Below, piece by piece: positions 40,808 through 51,110 of a stretch of DNA of 64,000 bases. The DNA lies in assembly GCA_903927505.1 (NCBI GenBank), contig CAIYNF010000128.1, forward strand, positions 39,636 to 103,635, in the 5' to 3' direction. The translations under genes were made by a program, and so were the position numbers. The first letter of the stretch is position 1; the number at the start of each line of letters is the position of its first letter. The notes beneath the pieces are model-generated. The model was not told where the DNA came from and ran no database searches. It saw only the letters and a program-made list of their open reading frames with translations. The stretch is from an uncultured Bacteroidota bacterium (GTDB taxonomy: Bacteria > Bacteroidota > Bacteroidia > UKL13-3).

Positions 40808-43546
40808 ATGAACAAGCAGTTATTGAGCATTTTAAGCGTGGTTTTCTCAATTGTCCTAGCACTAGGTATATACCTATATTTCGCCCAAATTGAAGATAAA
40901 AACATTAAGCCAATATATATTGTTCCAGACAATGCGGCTATCATTTTAGAATCAAAAAATAGCAGCGAGGATTTAAGGAGTTTATGCGATGCAGCTTTTA
41001 TTCAAAACCTTTTAGCTAATGAAAAAATTGCGTCATTCTATCAACAATTGGCATTTTACGACAGCCTAATTAAAACCAATGAAACCATGTCGGATTGGTT
41101 CAGCAATGGGCAAGCCACATATTCATTTCATACTTTTAACAATAAAACGCTTGCCTTTTTAATGGCTGTTCAAACGCAAAAGGATGTTGATCCGGCCAAT
41201 GTATTGGCTTTTTTTCAAATGCATTTTCCCAATAGGTTCAAAATAACCAAAAGGAAATTCATGAGCCAAGAATTATTTGATTTTACCGACTTTAAAGAAG
41301 GAGATCATTTTACCTTAGCATTTAAAAGTAAGCTAATGCTCTTTTCTCCAGATGGCAGTTTAGTGGAGATGGCACTATTAAAGATAGCCAAGCACAGCAA
41401 TGAAATTATAAAAGAAGACAAACTCTCTTTTGTTAAAAATAGTGGCGCTGGATTGAATGTATATTGTAATTATAAAAATTTAAGTAATCTCATTCAAAGC
41501 ACTTGTGCAGAACCCTACCAAAATGCATTTTCAATTTTACAGAATTTTGCTGAAAGGGCTGTATATACAATTAGCTACAACGATGAAGAAGTTCTTTTAA
41601 AAGGTGCAGCCCAAACACATGAAACAAATTTCCAATACCTCGATTTGTTAAATAGCCAAGCGCCAATAGAAAATAATTTACGACCAATTTTGCCCGATGG
41701 AATTCATTTTGCCTACACAATTGGATATAATGGATATAGCTCTTTTTATAAAAATGTAAATGAATATCTTTTAAATGAAAAATTATATTCACCCTATAAA
41801 GCTTATATAGACAGCTTGGAAAAGGCTGTTCAAATGCCATTTGCCGAAAAGTTGGCAAGCAAATTTGGTAACCATGCAGCTTTATTAGCTATTGATGAGC
41901 CTGGTTTATGGAAAGACAGTTGTTATGTAACGGCTATTGAATGCGCTGATGAAACTGGGTTTAGACAACTTTTGCAAGAAATGGAACGCGCCATACAAAG
42001 AAAAAAGGATTCGGATACTACTGCGCAAATAGTGGATAGCACCTCAATAAACACAGGAATAGAAAAAGCCTATTTAGGAGATGCATTTAAATTTTATTTC
42101 ACAGACTTGTTTGAAGGAATGGAAGCACGTTATTATATCAACTACCAAGGCTATTATTTCTTTGCCAATAATCCACAAATATTAAGCGTATTAAAAAATC
42201 GTTGGGCTGCACAAAAGTTATTGAGTAAGCAAGCCAATTACAATGAATTTGAGAATAAACTTTCTCCTAATTCCAATTTGGAAATTTTGGTTATGAACGA
42301 CCATGCACCCAAATTTGCTTTGAATTTTTTAAATAACAATTGGTTTAGTTTGATCAACCAAAATATCGGTTCGTATAAGCGTGCGCAGCGCATGGCTATT
42401 CAATTTGCTGGCAGCAACGATAAAATATTTGCCACACAAATTCTAATTAAATTTAATATCTCTAAACCAGAAAAAACAGAACAAGTTTGGGCAATTCCTC
42501 TAGATACTTGCCTTATGGCAACACCACAAGTGATGTATAACTATGGATTAGGTACACATGTTATTTTGGCCCAAGATGCAAAATCACAATTATATATGAT
42601 TGATAGGGAAGGCAAAGTGCTTTGGAAAAACAAATTGGATGGAAAAATCATTTCTAGCATTGAAGAACTGGATTTGTTTAACAATGGAAAACGCCAATGG
42701 CTATTCAATACCAATCACCAAATTTACCTCATAGATGAAAATGGTAAAAACATAGCAGGATGGCCCGTTTGGATACCTACAGGCACCAATTACACGGTTC
42801 CTGTTTTTGATCCAAATAAGGATAGAAATTACCAGATTTTCGCAACTGGCATTTACTATAAAGTTTCAGCCTATACTAGTCAGGGCCGCTTATTGCCATC
42901 ATGGAATCCAAAAGAAGTATTTCCAAACTTTAAATCATCAGTTGGAACATTTAATTACAATGGCGCACAAGTTTATTGGGCACTGAATGAAAAGGGTAAA
43001 ATTAACTTCCTAAACACCCAAGCCAAAGTCTTTGATAAAATAAAAATTGATAGCACATTGTCGTTTATTGATGTAAAAATTACATCAATAGATACGGGCG
43101 CTTTCCTTGTAACAGCAATAGATTCGAACCAATTATACCAAATATATTATTCAAGTTCAAAACCTATACAAACCAAAACATTTGCGGCACCATACTTCAA
43201 CCATGTGCAAAGCATTTCAAATGGAATAAACAAAAATGCAACTTTACTTTATAGCAATTCGCATGTGGAAATTCGTGATGAAAATGGCAAACAATTGCTC
43301 AATAGAAATATCCAATTGGCAGTTGATACTAAACCACAATGGCTTTTAGTTGGCAATACCTATGAGCTGGTTTATACCGACCCGAGTAATAATTTAAAAA
43401 TTGAAAATGAAAAGAGTGAGGCCTACAAACCTTTCCCAATGCAGGTTTACGGCCCATACGCATTTGGAAATCTATTTAATGAAGCAGACAATTGGCTGCT
43501 ATTTTCGGATGGTACCTATAAATTAAACTTGTACCGCATTAAGTAA
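40808..43546 (+). CDS. large N-terminally membrane-anchored hypothetical protein (912 aa)
   Basis: A single N-terminal TM helix, then a long Asn/Tyr-rich region likely to be beta-rich. No recognisable catalytic motif. Confidence 0.4.
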   Translation: MNKQLLSILSVVFSIVLALGIYLYFAQIEDKNIKPIYIVPDNAAIILESKNSSEDLRSLCDAAFIQNLLANEKIASFYQQLAFYDSLIKTNETMSDWFSNGQATYSFHTFNNKTLAFLMAVQTQKDVDPANVLAFFQMHFPNRFKITKRKFMSQELFDFTDFKEGDHFTLAFKSKLMLFSPDGSLVEMALLKIAKHSNEIIKEDKLSFVKNSGAGLNVYCNYKNLSNLIQSTCAEPYQNAFSILQNFAERAVYTISYNDEEVLLKGAAQTHETNFQYLDLLNSQAPIENNLRPILPDGIHFAYTIGYNGYSSFYKNVNEYLLNEKLYSPYKAYIDSLEKAVQMPFAEKLASKFGNHAALLAIDEPGLWKDSCYVTAIECADETGFRQLLQEMERAIQRKKDSDTTAQIVDSTSINTGIEKAYLGDAFKFYFTDLFEGMEARYYINYQGYYFFANNPQILSVLKNRWAAQKLLSKQANYNEFENKLSPNSNLEILVMNDHAPKFALNFLNNNWFSLINQNIGSYKRAQRMAIQFAGSNDKIFATQILIKFNISKPEKTEQVWAIPLDTCLMATPQVMYNYGLGTHVILAQDAKSQLYMIDREGKVLWKNKLDGKIISSIEELDLFNNGKRQWLFNTNHQIYLIDENGKNIAGWPVWIPTGTNYTVPVFDPNKDRNYQIFATGIYYKVSAYTSQGRLLPSWNPKEVFPNFKSSVGTFNYNGAQVYWALNEKGKINFLNTQAKVFDKIKIDSTLSFIDVKITSIDTGAFLVTAIDSNQLYQIYYSSSKPIQTKTFAAPYFNHVQSISNGINKNATLLYSNSHVEIRDENGKQLLNRNIQLAVDTKPQWLLVGNTYELVYTDPSNNLKIENEKSEAYKPFPMQVYGPYAFGNLFNEADNWLLFSDGTYKLNLYRIK

Positions 43547-43547
43547 A

Positions 43548-44528
43548 ATGGTTTCCAAACGTCTTGTTATTTGGCAGTCCATATTGTTTGCCCTTCTGGG
43601 TATTGTACTCTTGTATTTTAGTTTTAGAAAAACAGATTTTAATGCACTATGGCAAGTTATTCAACAAGGAAACCATTGGGTAATTTTACCCGTATTTTTT
43701 GTTTCAGTTTGGGTAATGGTGGCAAGAAGTTTGCGTTGGAAAATTCTCTATAAAGGGGCAAATGTACATGTTCCTTTTAATGTCTTATTTGCATCACTTG
43801 CAAGTGGCTATTTGGTTAATTTTGTAGTACCCCGCTTAGGTGAAATTACGCGTGCATTAATTGTAAAGCGCGCGCTTAATGTACCAGTAAATACAAGCCT
43901 AAGCACAATTTTGTTTGAGCGCATTACCGACCTTATTTGCTTGGCTATGCTCCTTGCACTTGCCTTTGGTTTTGAATTTATAAACCATGGTACTTTATTG
44001 GCTCATTTTACCCATGGCGTAAATCTACTCAGTGCTAACAAAATATTGCTATTCTTTGTGTTTGTTCTGTGTTTTGCTGCCTTCTATTTCTGGTTAAAAA
44101 AACGCAATGATAAAATAAGTACCTGGATCAAATCATTAATTGAAACAAGCATTCAACTCACGCAAATGAAAAATAAATGGCAATTTGTTTTTCATACCAG
44201 CAGCATTTGGATTGGCTTTTACTTAATGACCTACTTGTGGTTTTTTATGTTTGAAGATGCCGCCCAATTAAGTGCCTACGATGCCTTTCTGATTATGGCA
44301 TTAGGAGTGGTGGCGCGTACTTTGCCCATACAAGCGGGTTCTGCAGGGGCCTATCATTTTGTGGTAAGTCAAGCCTTAGCGCTACTTGGAATAAACCTAC
44401 TTACCGGCAATGCCTTGGCCATTGTTATCCATGGTTTTCAGACAATTTTAACGCTGCTATTTGGATTTTGCGCTTATCTTTGGCTACTTTATTATAACAA
44501 ACAAAATGCAGAAAAGATCCTTGTTTAG
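43548..44528 (+). CDS. lysylphosphatidylglycerol-synthase-TM-region-like (flippase-like, UPF0104) membrane protein
   Basis: 326-aa polytopic protein whose N-terminal pattern (…SLRWKILY…) resembles PF03706 proteins. Starts 2 nt after the previous stop. Confidence 0.5.
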   Translation: MVSKRLVIWQSILFALLGIVLLYFSFRKTDFNALWQVIQQGNHWVILPVFFVSVWVMVARSLRWKILYKGANVHVPFNVLFASLASGYLVNFVVPRLGEITRALIVKRALNVPVNTSLSTILFERITDLICLAMLLALAFGFEFINHGTLLAHFTHGVNLLSANKILLFFVFVLCFAAFYFWLKKRNDKISTWIKSLIETSIQLTQMKNKWQFVFHTSSIWIGFYLMTYLWFFMFEDAAQLSAYDAFLIMALGVVARTLPIQAGSAGAYHFVVSQALALLGINLLTGNALAIVIHGFQTILTLLFGFCAYLWLLYYNKQNAEKILV

Positions 44529-45699
44529 TGCCCATAAATGCTTCTTATTGTTTTTTTTAATTTTCGGTTCGAACCAATTATTTGCCCAAAATTTCCCGAA
44601 ATTAGGTAACGATACTTTACTGGATATTGCCAATTGGAATATTGAATGGTTTGGCGATGTAACCAATGGCCCAAGTGATGAAGCCACGCAATTTGCTAAT
44701 GTAAAAGCCTTGTTAGACAAAACAGAAATGGATGTTTTTGCATTGGAGGAAATTAGTGAAGCAAGTGCTTACGCAAATTTGAGCACGCAATTAGCCGCTA
44801 AATACGATGCCTATATTTCTTCTTTTTCGCAAACGCAAAAAACAGGCATCTATTGGCGTAAAAGCATGTTCTCTGTAATACCAAATTTATCATACAACCT
44901 AAACGTAACTTCTGGCGACAATTATTTTTATGCCTCTCGTCCGCCTTTACAAGTTTGCTTACAAACCATTGGGGGAACCAAAATAGATACATTGTATTTC
45001 TTGGTAATTCACCTCAAAGCATACGCAGATGTAGATTCTTACAATAGAAGGATAGGCGCCTCCGCAGCTTTAAAAACTTATATAGAAGGCACCCTCACAG
45101 GCAAGAAAGTAATTGTGTTAGGTGATTGGAACGATCAATTAAGCGCCTCTATTTATAATTCAGCGGAGAGTCCTTTTAAAAATTTACTCACAGCCAATTA
45201 TACTTTCCCAAGTAAAGAATTAGAAGATGCTGGCAAATCATCTTATGCTTTTAAAAATAGCATGATAGACCACCAATTAATTAGCCACGCACTCGATTCA
45301 TTTTACTACAAAGGTTCGGCAAAAGTATTCAGTGATGCGCCAACTTATTGCAGCGGTTTTAGCAACAATACCTCCGATCATTTTCCAATTTACTCTTGCT
45401 TTAACTGGAAAAAATTAACAACAAGAATTATTCCTGAAGGAGTAGAGGAGGAGTTGAATAAAATAAACATAACAATTGCGCCAAACCCAACAAATACAAG
45501 CATTACAGTTCAATGCGACAAGCAAATAGATGTAGTAAAAATTATAGACTTACAAGGCAGAATAGTAATTGAAAAAGCAAATAATTTAAGCAAAGAATGG
45601 CAAGCGCAAATAGACTTAAGCAATTTAGAAGCGGGTATTTATTTTGTGCAAATTGAGAGCCAAGGAAAACAATTGTGCAGGCAAATTGTGAAGCAATAA
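44506..45699 (+). CDS. endonuclease/exonuclease/phosphatase (EEP) family protein with a T9SS C-terminal sorting domain
   Basis: Signal peptide MQKRSLFSAHKCFLLFFLIFGSNQLFAQ. EEP motifs NWNIEWFG...FALEE...SDHFPIY. The C-terminal ~80 aa match the T9SS CTD pattern. Confidence 0.68.
   Translation: MQKRSLFSAHKCFLLFFLIFGSNQLFAQNFPKLGNDTLLDIANWNIEWFGDVTNGPSDEATQFANVKALLDKTEMDVFALEEISEASAYANLSTQLAAKYDAYISSFSQTQKTGIYWRKSMFSVIPNLSYNLNVTSGDNYFYASRPPLQVCLQTIGGTKIDTLYFLVIHLKAYADVDSYNRRIGASAALKTYIEGTLTGKKVIVLGDWNDQLSASIYNSAESPFKNLLTANYTFPSKELEDAGKSSYAFKNSMIDHQLISHALDSFYYKGSAKVFSDAPTYCSGFSNNTSDHFPIYSCFNWKKLTTRIIPEGVEEELNKINITIAPNPTNTSITVQCDKQIDVVKIIDLQGRIVIEKANNLSKEWQAQIDLSNLEAGIYFVQIESQGKQLCRQIVKQ
44566..44575. 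repeat. GGTTCGAACC palindromic decamer (exact)
   Basis: Coding: it encodes FGSNQ in the signal peptide of the EEP T9SS cargo gene. Confidence 0.9.
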
Positions 45700-45720
45700 T
45701 TTACAGAAAGTATTCAAAAC

Positions 45721-45747
45721 AAAAAGCAGCCCTAGAGCTGCTTTTTT
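45721..45747. terminator. bidirectional rho-independent terminator
   Basis: AAAAAGCAGC-cctaga-GCTGCTTTTTT, between the convergent EEP gene and the repressor gene. Confidence 0.7.
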
Positions 45748-45772
45748 GCTGTAATCAATCAGATTGAAATCA

Positions 45773-46486
45773 TCAATCTAATGTCCTGCTATGATCCATC
45801 ACATATTTCCAGATCTCTAATACATCTTCAATATTTATATCATAGGGTTTATAAATAGGGTTGTTTGAAACCAAAGCAATTTTTCTGCTTTTGGCTATAT
45901 CGTTGTAAACGCGTTTAAACACAATGCCATCTTCTTTGGTAAGAATAACATAGCAAAGGCCATCTTTTAAGCTACTCCAATCTTCTACATACTCGCAGGT
46001 AACATAGGTTTTATCTTGAATAGGAAGCATAGAATCTCCGCTAATTTGAAAGCTGCGGTACTTCTTGCGCTTGTCTAAGAAAGGCAAACTAAATTGCGGT
46101 AATTCAGAAATAAATTGAATATCTGTATAGCCAGCAGTATAACCGGCACGCGCCTTTTCAGAAACCAATTCTATATTATCTATATTGTCTGAATTGGTAG
46201 TTGTAGCAATAATACGCAGGTATTTCCCTTTGATATAATCTTCTAAACCGCGCTCTAGCTCGCCCACTTTTGATTCTGGCAAACGTGTTAAATCAATGCG
46301 CAATAAGGTGTCTAAACTAATTCTAAAATAATCAGAAATACGCACCGCCATATCAATTGGTGGCGAGGCAATATTGTTCTCATAGCTGTTCAAAACAGAG
46401 CGCTTCGACTCTAAAGCCATAGCCATTTCTTCCTGACTAAAGTTTTTTCGTTTCCTTAGAAACTTAATGTTGGTTGAGAGGTACAT
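45773..46486 (-). CDS. LexA-like SOS-type repressor (XRE-family HTH plus S24 self-cleaving peptidase domain)
   Basis: N-terminal HTH (LRKRKNFSQEEMAMAL). C-terminal S24 region with SGDSM, which contains the catalytic Ser and has a Lys downstream. Confidence 0.72.
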   Translation of the reverse strand: MYLSTNIKFLRKRKNFSQEEMAMALESKRSVLNSYENNIASPPIDMAVRISDYFRISLDTLLRIDLTRLPESKVGELERGLEDYIKGKYLRIIATTTNSDNIDNIELVSEKARAGYTAGYTDIQFISELPQFSLPFLDKRKKYRSFQISGDSMLPIQDKTYVTCEYVEDWSSLKDGLCYVILTKEDGIVFKRVYNDIAKSRKIALVSNNPIYKPYDINIEDVLEIWKYVMDHSRTLD

Positions 46487-46587
46487 ATTGTTTATTGTTA
46501 GCTACATAAAGAAACAAACGCAATTGAATTGGCTGTTTCTAAATGCCTCCGCAAGATAAACAATGTTAGTTAGATTGTCAAGTATGT

Positions 46588-46602
46588 GTTAATCATATTA
46601 AC
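46588..46602. promoter_or_regulatory. candidate operator GTTAATcatATTAAC (GTTAAT-N3-ATTAAC) upstream of the repressor gene
   Basis: Perfect 6+3+6 inverted repeat about 100 nt upstream of the repressor ATG. It has the same arms as the sites in front of the dinB-like and dnaE2-like genes. Confidence 0.5.
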
Positions 46603-46670
46603 AATAAAAACACCCTTATTCCAACAACAAATCAGTATTGGTGGGCATTTAAAGGCGTAAAAAATATTTT

Positions 46671-47681
46671 CTAGAATTCTAAAATAGCACGTTCCATTAT
46701 ATTATCTATTCCATTTACGGCTTGGCTCGTGCTAAATTGTACTGGAATTTCTGGTGGCACACCATCTTCCCAATTATTGCCATTGATATCTAAGGTGCGG
46801 GTAATAGAAAACCTATAAGTCCAACCATTGGGCAATTGTCCGCCGTTAGGCATACCCATGCCACCTCCAGTTGTATCTCCTAATAAAACCATTGAGTCTA
46901 TTGCTTTGGTAGCAGTACTGGTAAAACTTCCTGCGCTATAGGTGCCTCTATCTGTTAGCACAATTACCTTTTTTAAATACAAGGTTCCTTTACTGGGTTC
47001 TATAAAACAATCTTCAGCAGTGGTAAAATCATCAAGCCCAGCACCACTTTTAATAGAGGTATGGTAGAGCAATGTTTTGGTGCTAACAAAATGACTTAAT
47101 ATTTTAAAGATATCGCTGGCAGCCCCGCCACCATTGGCACGCAAATCCAAAATAATGCCTTTGGTATCTTTGTACCTATCCAACATAAAATTCATTTGGT
47201 TATCGGTAACAGTACCTGTAAACGCTTTTAAACGAATGTAACCAATAGCGGCATGGTCCTTTACAAAATCATGCATAAACGGACCTGTGGTATAATAATT
47301 TGAGCTCAAATAATGCTCTTTCACAACGCGTTCATCAATGCCTTTTGGACCTAATAAACTCACATCAAAATGTGAAATATTAAATGAAGAAATGAGATTA
47401 ACATGTCCATCCCTGAGCTCATTGAGCATTTGCGCCAATACTGTAAACAACTGATCATTGCTCATAGAATTAGAAACTTGTGCCGCGTATTTGGCTTTCA
47501 CACTGGTCCAATCAATATGCTTGTAGCTCATAAATGCATATTTTTTATCACATTCATTCCAGAGGTATTCAAAGTTTTTTTGCGGCGTTTTATCTACAGA
47601 AGATTCTTCCATAAATGCCTTTTCACAAGAGCTCAAGAAAAAGGGAAAAGACAAGAAAAGGGTATAAAATATTTTTCTCAT
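46671..47681 (-). CDS. S41-family (C-terminal processing/tricorn-core-like) peptidase, lipoprotein
   Basis: Lipoprotein signal FFLSSC. DLRANGGG and Ser-rich GTYSAGSF motifs. Confidence 0.65.
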   Translation of the reverse strand: MRKIFYTLFLSFPFFLSSCEKAFMEESSVDKTPQKNFEYLWNECDKKYAFMSYKHIDWTSVKAKYAAQVSNSMSNDQLFTVLAQMLNELRDGHVNLISSFNISHFDVSLLGPKGIDERVVKEHYLSSNYYTTGPFMHDFVKDHAAIGYIRLKAFTGTVTDNQMNFMLDRYKDTKGIILDLRANGGGAASDIFKILSHFVSTKTLLYHTSIKSGAGLDDFTTAEDCFIEPSKGTLYLKKVIVLTDRGTYSAGSFTSTATKAIDSMVLLGDTTGGGMGMPNGGQLPNGWTYRFSITRTLDINGNNWEDGVPPEIPVQFSTSQAVNGIDNIMERAILEF

Positions 47682-47689
47682 GTGAGGTT

Positions 47690-48547
47690 CTAATTTGTTT
47701 TAAACAATAAAGCCAATTGAAAATAATGATGTGCCATTTGAAAGCGATCAAAATCGCCAGCAGTGCGGTAAGCTTCCCAATTATAACCCAAGCGCAGGAT
47801 ATTGCCATTGGGGTAATACAAATCGTAATGAAGCGCAGAACTCATCCTAAAACCAGAAAAAGCATGGTATTGATACCCATCGGTGAGCCGTGTTTGGTTG
47901 CTAATGGTACTGGCATTGGTGTAGGCATACCCATTTCTATAAGTATTGTTCATGAGCGGCAAATTCAATTGGTATGAAAGAATGCGCGTTTTAGGCTTTA
48001 AGTGGTAAGAAATAAGTAAAAAGCGCCCTTGCTTCTCTTTTTTTCTGCTTATATCGTAGCTCATTTTGGCCGAACCAAACAAGGTATTGAACATCTCTAA
48101 ACCAAAGGCATTGTTTTGTAAACCGGGGTTCATACGCATATTGCCTGTGATATCTAGACTACCACCCAATTTAAAATTCCATTTTTCTCCCAGCTTGAGC
48201 GGAACTTGGTACAAGCGGGTATAAGCCAAATAAGGCGTGTTTACGGTGCTGCCAAATGTTTGTTGATCGGCAACAAGTTTAAAGGTAGCAGATGAAAAGC
48301 CAAAATACATTTTTGTTTCTCTGCGTGCCGAGCTCCTTAAGAAAGCAAGGTCAAAACGCATAGCCGATGTTGAATAGGGCAGTGCCGAGGTGGCAAAATC
48401 TGTAAAGTATGCATTGTCGAACCCAGCGCCAACTTGAATAAATTTGGTTTTGGAAGTGCTGGCAACATTGGTTTGCGTAGCTATTGGCGCCTGGCTATAA
48501 AGCAGGCAGGGCAACAAAGTACACAGGGTAAAAAAGATGTTTCTCAT
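47690..48547 (-). CDS. hypothetical outer-membrane beta-barrel-like protein
   Basis: Signal peptide MRNIFFTLCTLLPCLLYSQA. Alternating aromatic/hydrophilic strands, C-terminal ...LLFKTN. Confidence 0.4.
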   Translation of the reverse strand: MRNIFFTLCTLLPCLLYSQAPIATQTNVASTSKTKFIQVGAGFDNAYFTDFATSALPYSTSAMRFDLAFLRSSARRETKMYFGFSSATFKLVADQQTFGSTVNTPYLAYTRLYQVPLKLGEKWNFKLGGSLDITGNMRMNPGLQNNAFGLEMFNTLFGSAKMSYDISRKKEKQGRFLLISYHLKPKTRILSYQLNLPLMNNTYRNGYAYTNASTISNQTRLTDGYQYHAFSGFRMSSALHYDLYYPNGNILRLGYNWEAYRTAGDFDRFQMAHHYFQLALLFKTN

Positions 48548-48714
48548 CTACTTATAAATTATTGGTTCAATAATATACAAAAAAGAAAAACTTCCCCCTT
48601 TACAAGAACAGATTTTGCAAAAAATGCAAAAATTACATCGCCTTCATTGTCTGCATGCTGCAAAAAAAACTTGCCATTCTATTTTTATTTGGTTAATATA
48701 AATGACCAATAAAA

Positions 48715-48729
48715 GTTAATTAAATTAAC
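48715..48729. promoter_or_regulatory. candidate operator GTTAATtaaATTAAC immediately upstream of the dinB-like ATG
   Basis: 15-bp palindrome inside a 24-nt block (AATAAAAGTTAATTAAATTAACAA) that is identical to the block upstream of the dnaE2-like gene. Confidence 0.55.
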
Positions 48730-48731
48730 AA

Positions 48732-49877
48732 ATGCAATCACTTATCGCACATATGGATCTCGATAGCTTTTTTGTTTCGGTGGAGCGCCTAGAAAATTCA
48801 GCCCTCAAGGGGAAGCCTGTCATTATTGGCGGTTTCTCCGACCGGGGTGTTGTGGCCAGTTGCAGTTACGAGGCGCGCTCCTTTGGGGTACATGCGGCCA
48901 TGCCCACCAAACTAGCGCGGCGCTTATGTCCGCAAGCAATTTGGATACGTGGCGATATGGACAAATACAGCAAACTCTCACATACCGTAACAGAAATTAT
49001 TGAAGAAGCGGCGCCCTTGGTAGAAAAGGCGTCTATAGATGAACATTACTTAGATGTAACGGGCTTAGACCGCTTTTTTGGCACCTACAAATGGATGCAT
49101 GAATTGCGGCAACGCATTATCAACGAATCTGGTTTGCCCATTTCATTTGGTTTATCTGTAAACAAAACCGTTTCTAAAATTGCCACCGGAGAAGCCAAGC
49201 CCAATGGCGAAAAAGAAGTGCAGGAAGCTTTTGTAAAACCTTTTCTGTTTCCGCTTTCCATTAAAAAAATACCCGGGATTGGAGATAAATCATACCATAC
49301 CCTGCGCGATATGGGCATTGTATACATTGAAACCTTGGCCAATATGCCCATTGAATTGCTGGGAAAAGTAATGGGCGAAAACGGCAAAGTAATTTGGGAG
49401 AAAGCCAATGGGATCGACAATAGACCTGTGGAGCCTTACCACGAACAAAAGTCAATTGGTTCGGAACGAACCTTTGAAACAGATACCACAGACATGAAAT
49501 TACTCCAACATACCTTGGCAAAAATGGTACAAGATATTTGCTTTGATATGCGCAAACAAAACAAGCTCTGCGCCACAGTAACCGTTAAAATTCGCTACTC
49601 AGATTTTCAAACGCATACCATGCAAAAAAGCATTCCGTATACGGCTTACGACCATGTAATCTTACAAGCCGCAAAAGAATTGCTGGCTAAAGTGTACGAC
49701 CGCCGCTTGCTCATTCGGCTCATTGGTGTAAAGCTAAGCAAGCTGGTGTATGGCGCCCAACAAATAGATCTTTTTGAAGACAGCGAAGAATTAGTAAAAC
49801 TCTACCAAGCCTTAGACCAAATTAAATTTTGGTACGGGAAAAAAGCGGTAGGAAAGGGGATAGATCACCGTAAATAA
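48732..49877 (+). CDS. dinB: Y-family DNA polymerase IV (DinB-like; catalytic residues present)
   Basis: MDLDSFFVSVE and SIDEHYLD motifs, which contain the catalytic D/DE residues. Length of 381 aa is typical. Confidence 0.85.
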   Translation: MQSLIAHMDLDSFFVSVERLENSALKGKPVIIGGFSDRGVVASCSYEARSFGVHAAMPTKLARRLCPQAIWIRGDMDKYSKLSHTVTEIIEEAAPLVEKASIDEHYLDVTGLDRFFGTYKWMHELRQRIINESGLPISFGLSVNKTVSKIATGEAKPNGEKEVQEAFVKPFLFPLSIKKIPGIGDKSYHTLRDMGIVYIETLANMPIELLGKVMGENGKVIWEKANGIDNRPVEPYHEQKSIGSERTFETDTTDMKLLQHTLAKMVQDICFDMRKQNKLCATVTVKIRYSDFQTHTMQKSIPYTAYDHVILQAAKELLAKVYDRRLLIRLIGVKLSKLVYGAQQIDLFEDSEELVKLYQALDQIKFWYGKKAVGKGIDHRK

Positions 49878-49945
49878 ATGCATGATAATGTCTAAAGTTT
49901 ATCTTGCTTGCATTTAAAGCCCCTGCAGCAAATGGCATAACTATT

Positions 49946-51070
49946 TTACTCTAAATCCTTATTCAATTTGGTGAGTCGTATTTTCATAATATTATTCTCG
50001 TCATGAAAACTACTTGCAAAAATCCAGGTATCTGGGCCGGCAGGTCCAAAACTTTGATTAACTCCATTTTCATATGGAATTGGATATTTTTTTAGCACTT
50101 TATAATCCTTGCTCAAATTACAAACATATCCTCTATTTAGATTATTTTGAGAAGAACTAAAAACAGTATAACCATTCAGCTGGTTAATGAAAATTTGGTT
50201 AGCATAAATACCTAAATATTTGGTGGTATTATCTTCCAAAACAAGACTCATTCCGGGTAGTGCGTATAAGTTAGAATCCAATAATTTGAAATAAAAACCA
50301 CCTGCATATTGTGATTCGAGAAGTTCTTCATATAGAGTGGATCCTCCCCATTGATATATTTTCCGGTAGCTCTTTGAAACACTTACATTAATTACATTAA
50401 ATCCCCAAACAAAAAGTTTTTTATTACAATAACCAATAGCAGTTACACAATCTGGTCCTCCACCCATTTGTAAAGTATCAACCACCCATAAAGGATTAGT
50501 TATATCTTGCCCGTAGGCAGCAAGAACAAATTTAGTGATACCACCTATTTTACCATTTGCAGCAAATAAAATTGTTTGATCCGGCCCAAGACATGTTTCG
50601 GAATTAACATAGTATGAATTATCAAAACCTATGTTTTTTTCAATGTTCACATTAATTTTTACCAATTCCAATGATGAATTTATTTCATATAGTGCTTCTC
50701 CCATTGTAAAATAAAACTTTTCTCCTCTTACAAAGGCACCAGGATTAAAATATGAATCACTTTCAAAAATTGCTGAATCCAACAGGTTTAAATCTTGGTC
50801 GTATTTTAGTAAATAAAGTTTTTTTGAATTGTCATATCTTCCAAAAATGACAAAACTTTGGTCAGGAAGAGTTATAAATTCATTTGGATATAAAATTAAA
50901 CCAACATAAGGTAAAACGATTGATTTAATTGGGTCTGGAGGGTTGTTAAATAAAGTTGGCCTTTTGCAGGAAATATTGATAATGATTGTAAGGCAAATTA
51001 TTAGTGCCAATTTTTTAAAATAAAAAAATTGCATAATAATGGATTTTGATTTGTCTAAATAATATTTCAT
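49946..51070 (-). CDS. hypothetical lipoprotein
   Basis: A hydrophobic leader ends in ...IINISC (a lipobox-like Cys). Tyr/Asn-rich, beta-propeller-like composition. Confidence 0.4.
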   Translation of the reverse strand: MKYYLDKSKSIIMQFFYFKKLALIICLTIIINISCKRPTLFNNPPDPIKSIVLPYVGLILYPNEFITLPDQSFVIFGRYDNSKKLYLLKYDQDLNLLDSAIFESDSYFNPGAFVRGEKFYFTMGEALYEINSSLELVKINVNIEKNIGFDNSYYVNSETCLGPDQTILFAANGKIGGITKFVLAAYGQDITNPLWVVDTLQMGGGPDCVTAIGYCNKKLFVWGFNVINVSVSKSYRKIYQWGGSTLYEELLESQYAGGFYFKLLDSNLYALPGMSLVLEDNTTKYLGIYANQIFINQLNGYTVFSSSQNNLNRGYVCNLSKDYKVLKKYPIPYENGVNQSFGPAGPDTWIFASSFHDENNIMKIRLTKLNKDLE

Positions 51071-51110
51071 TCTTGTTTTTTTTAGTAAAATATTTCAAAC
51101 ATATTTTTAT

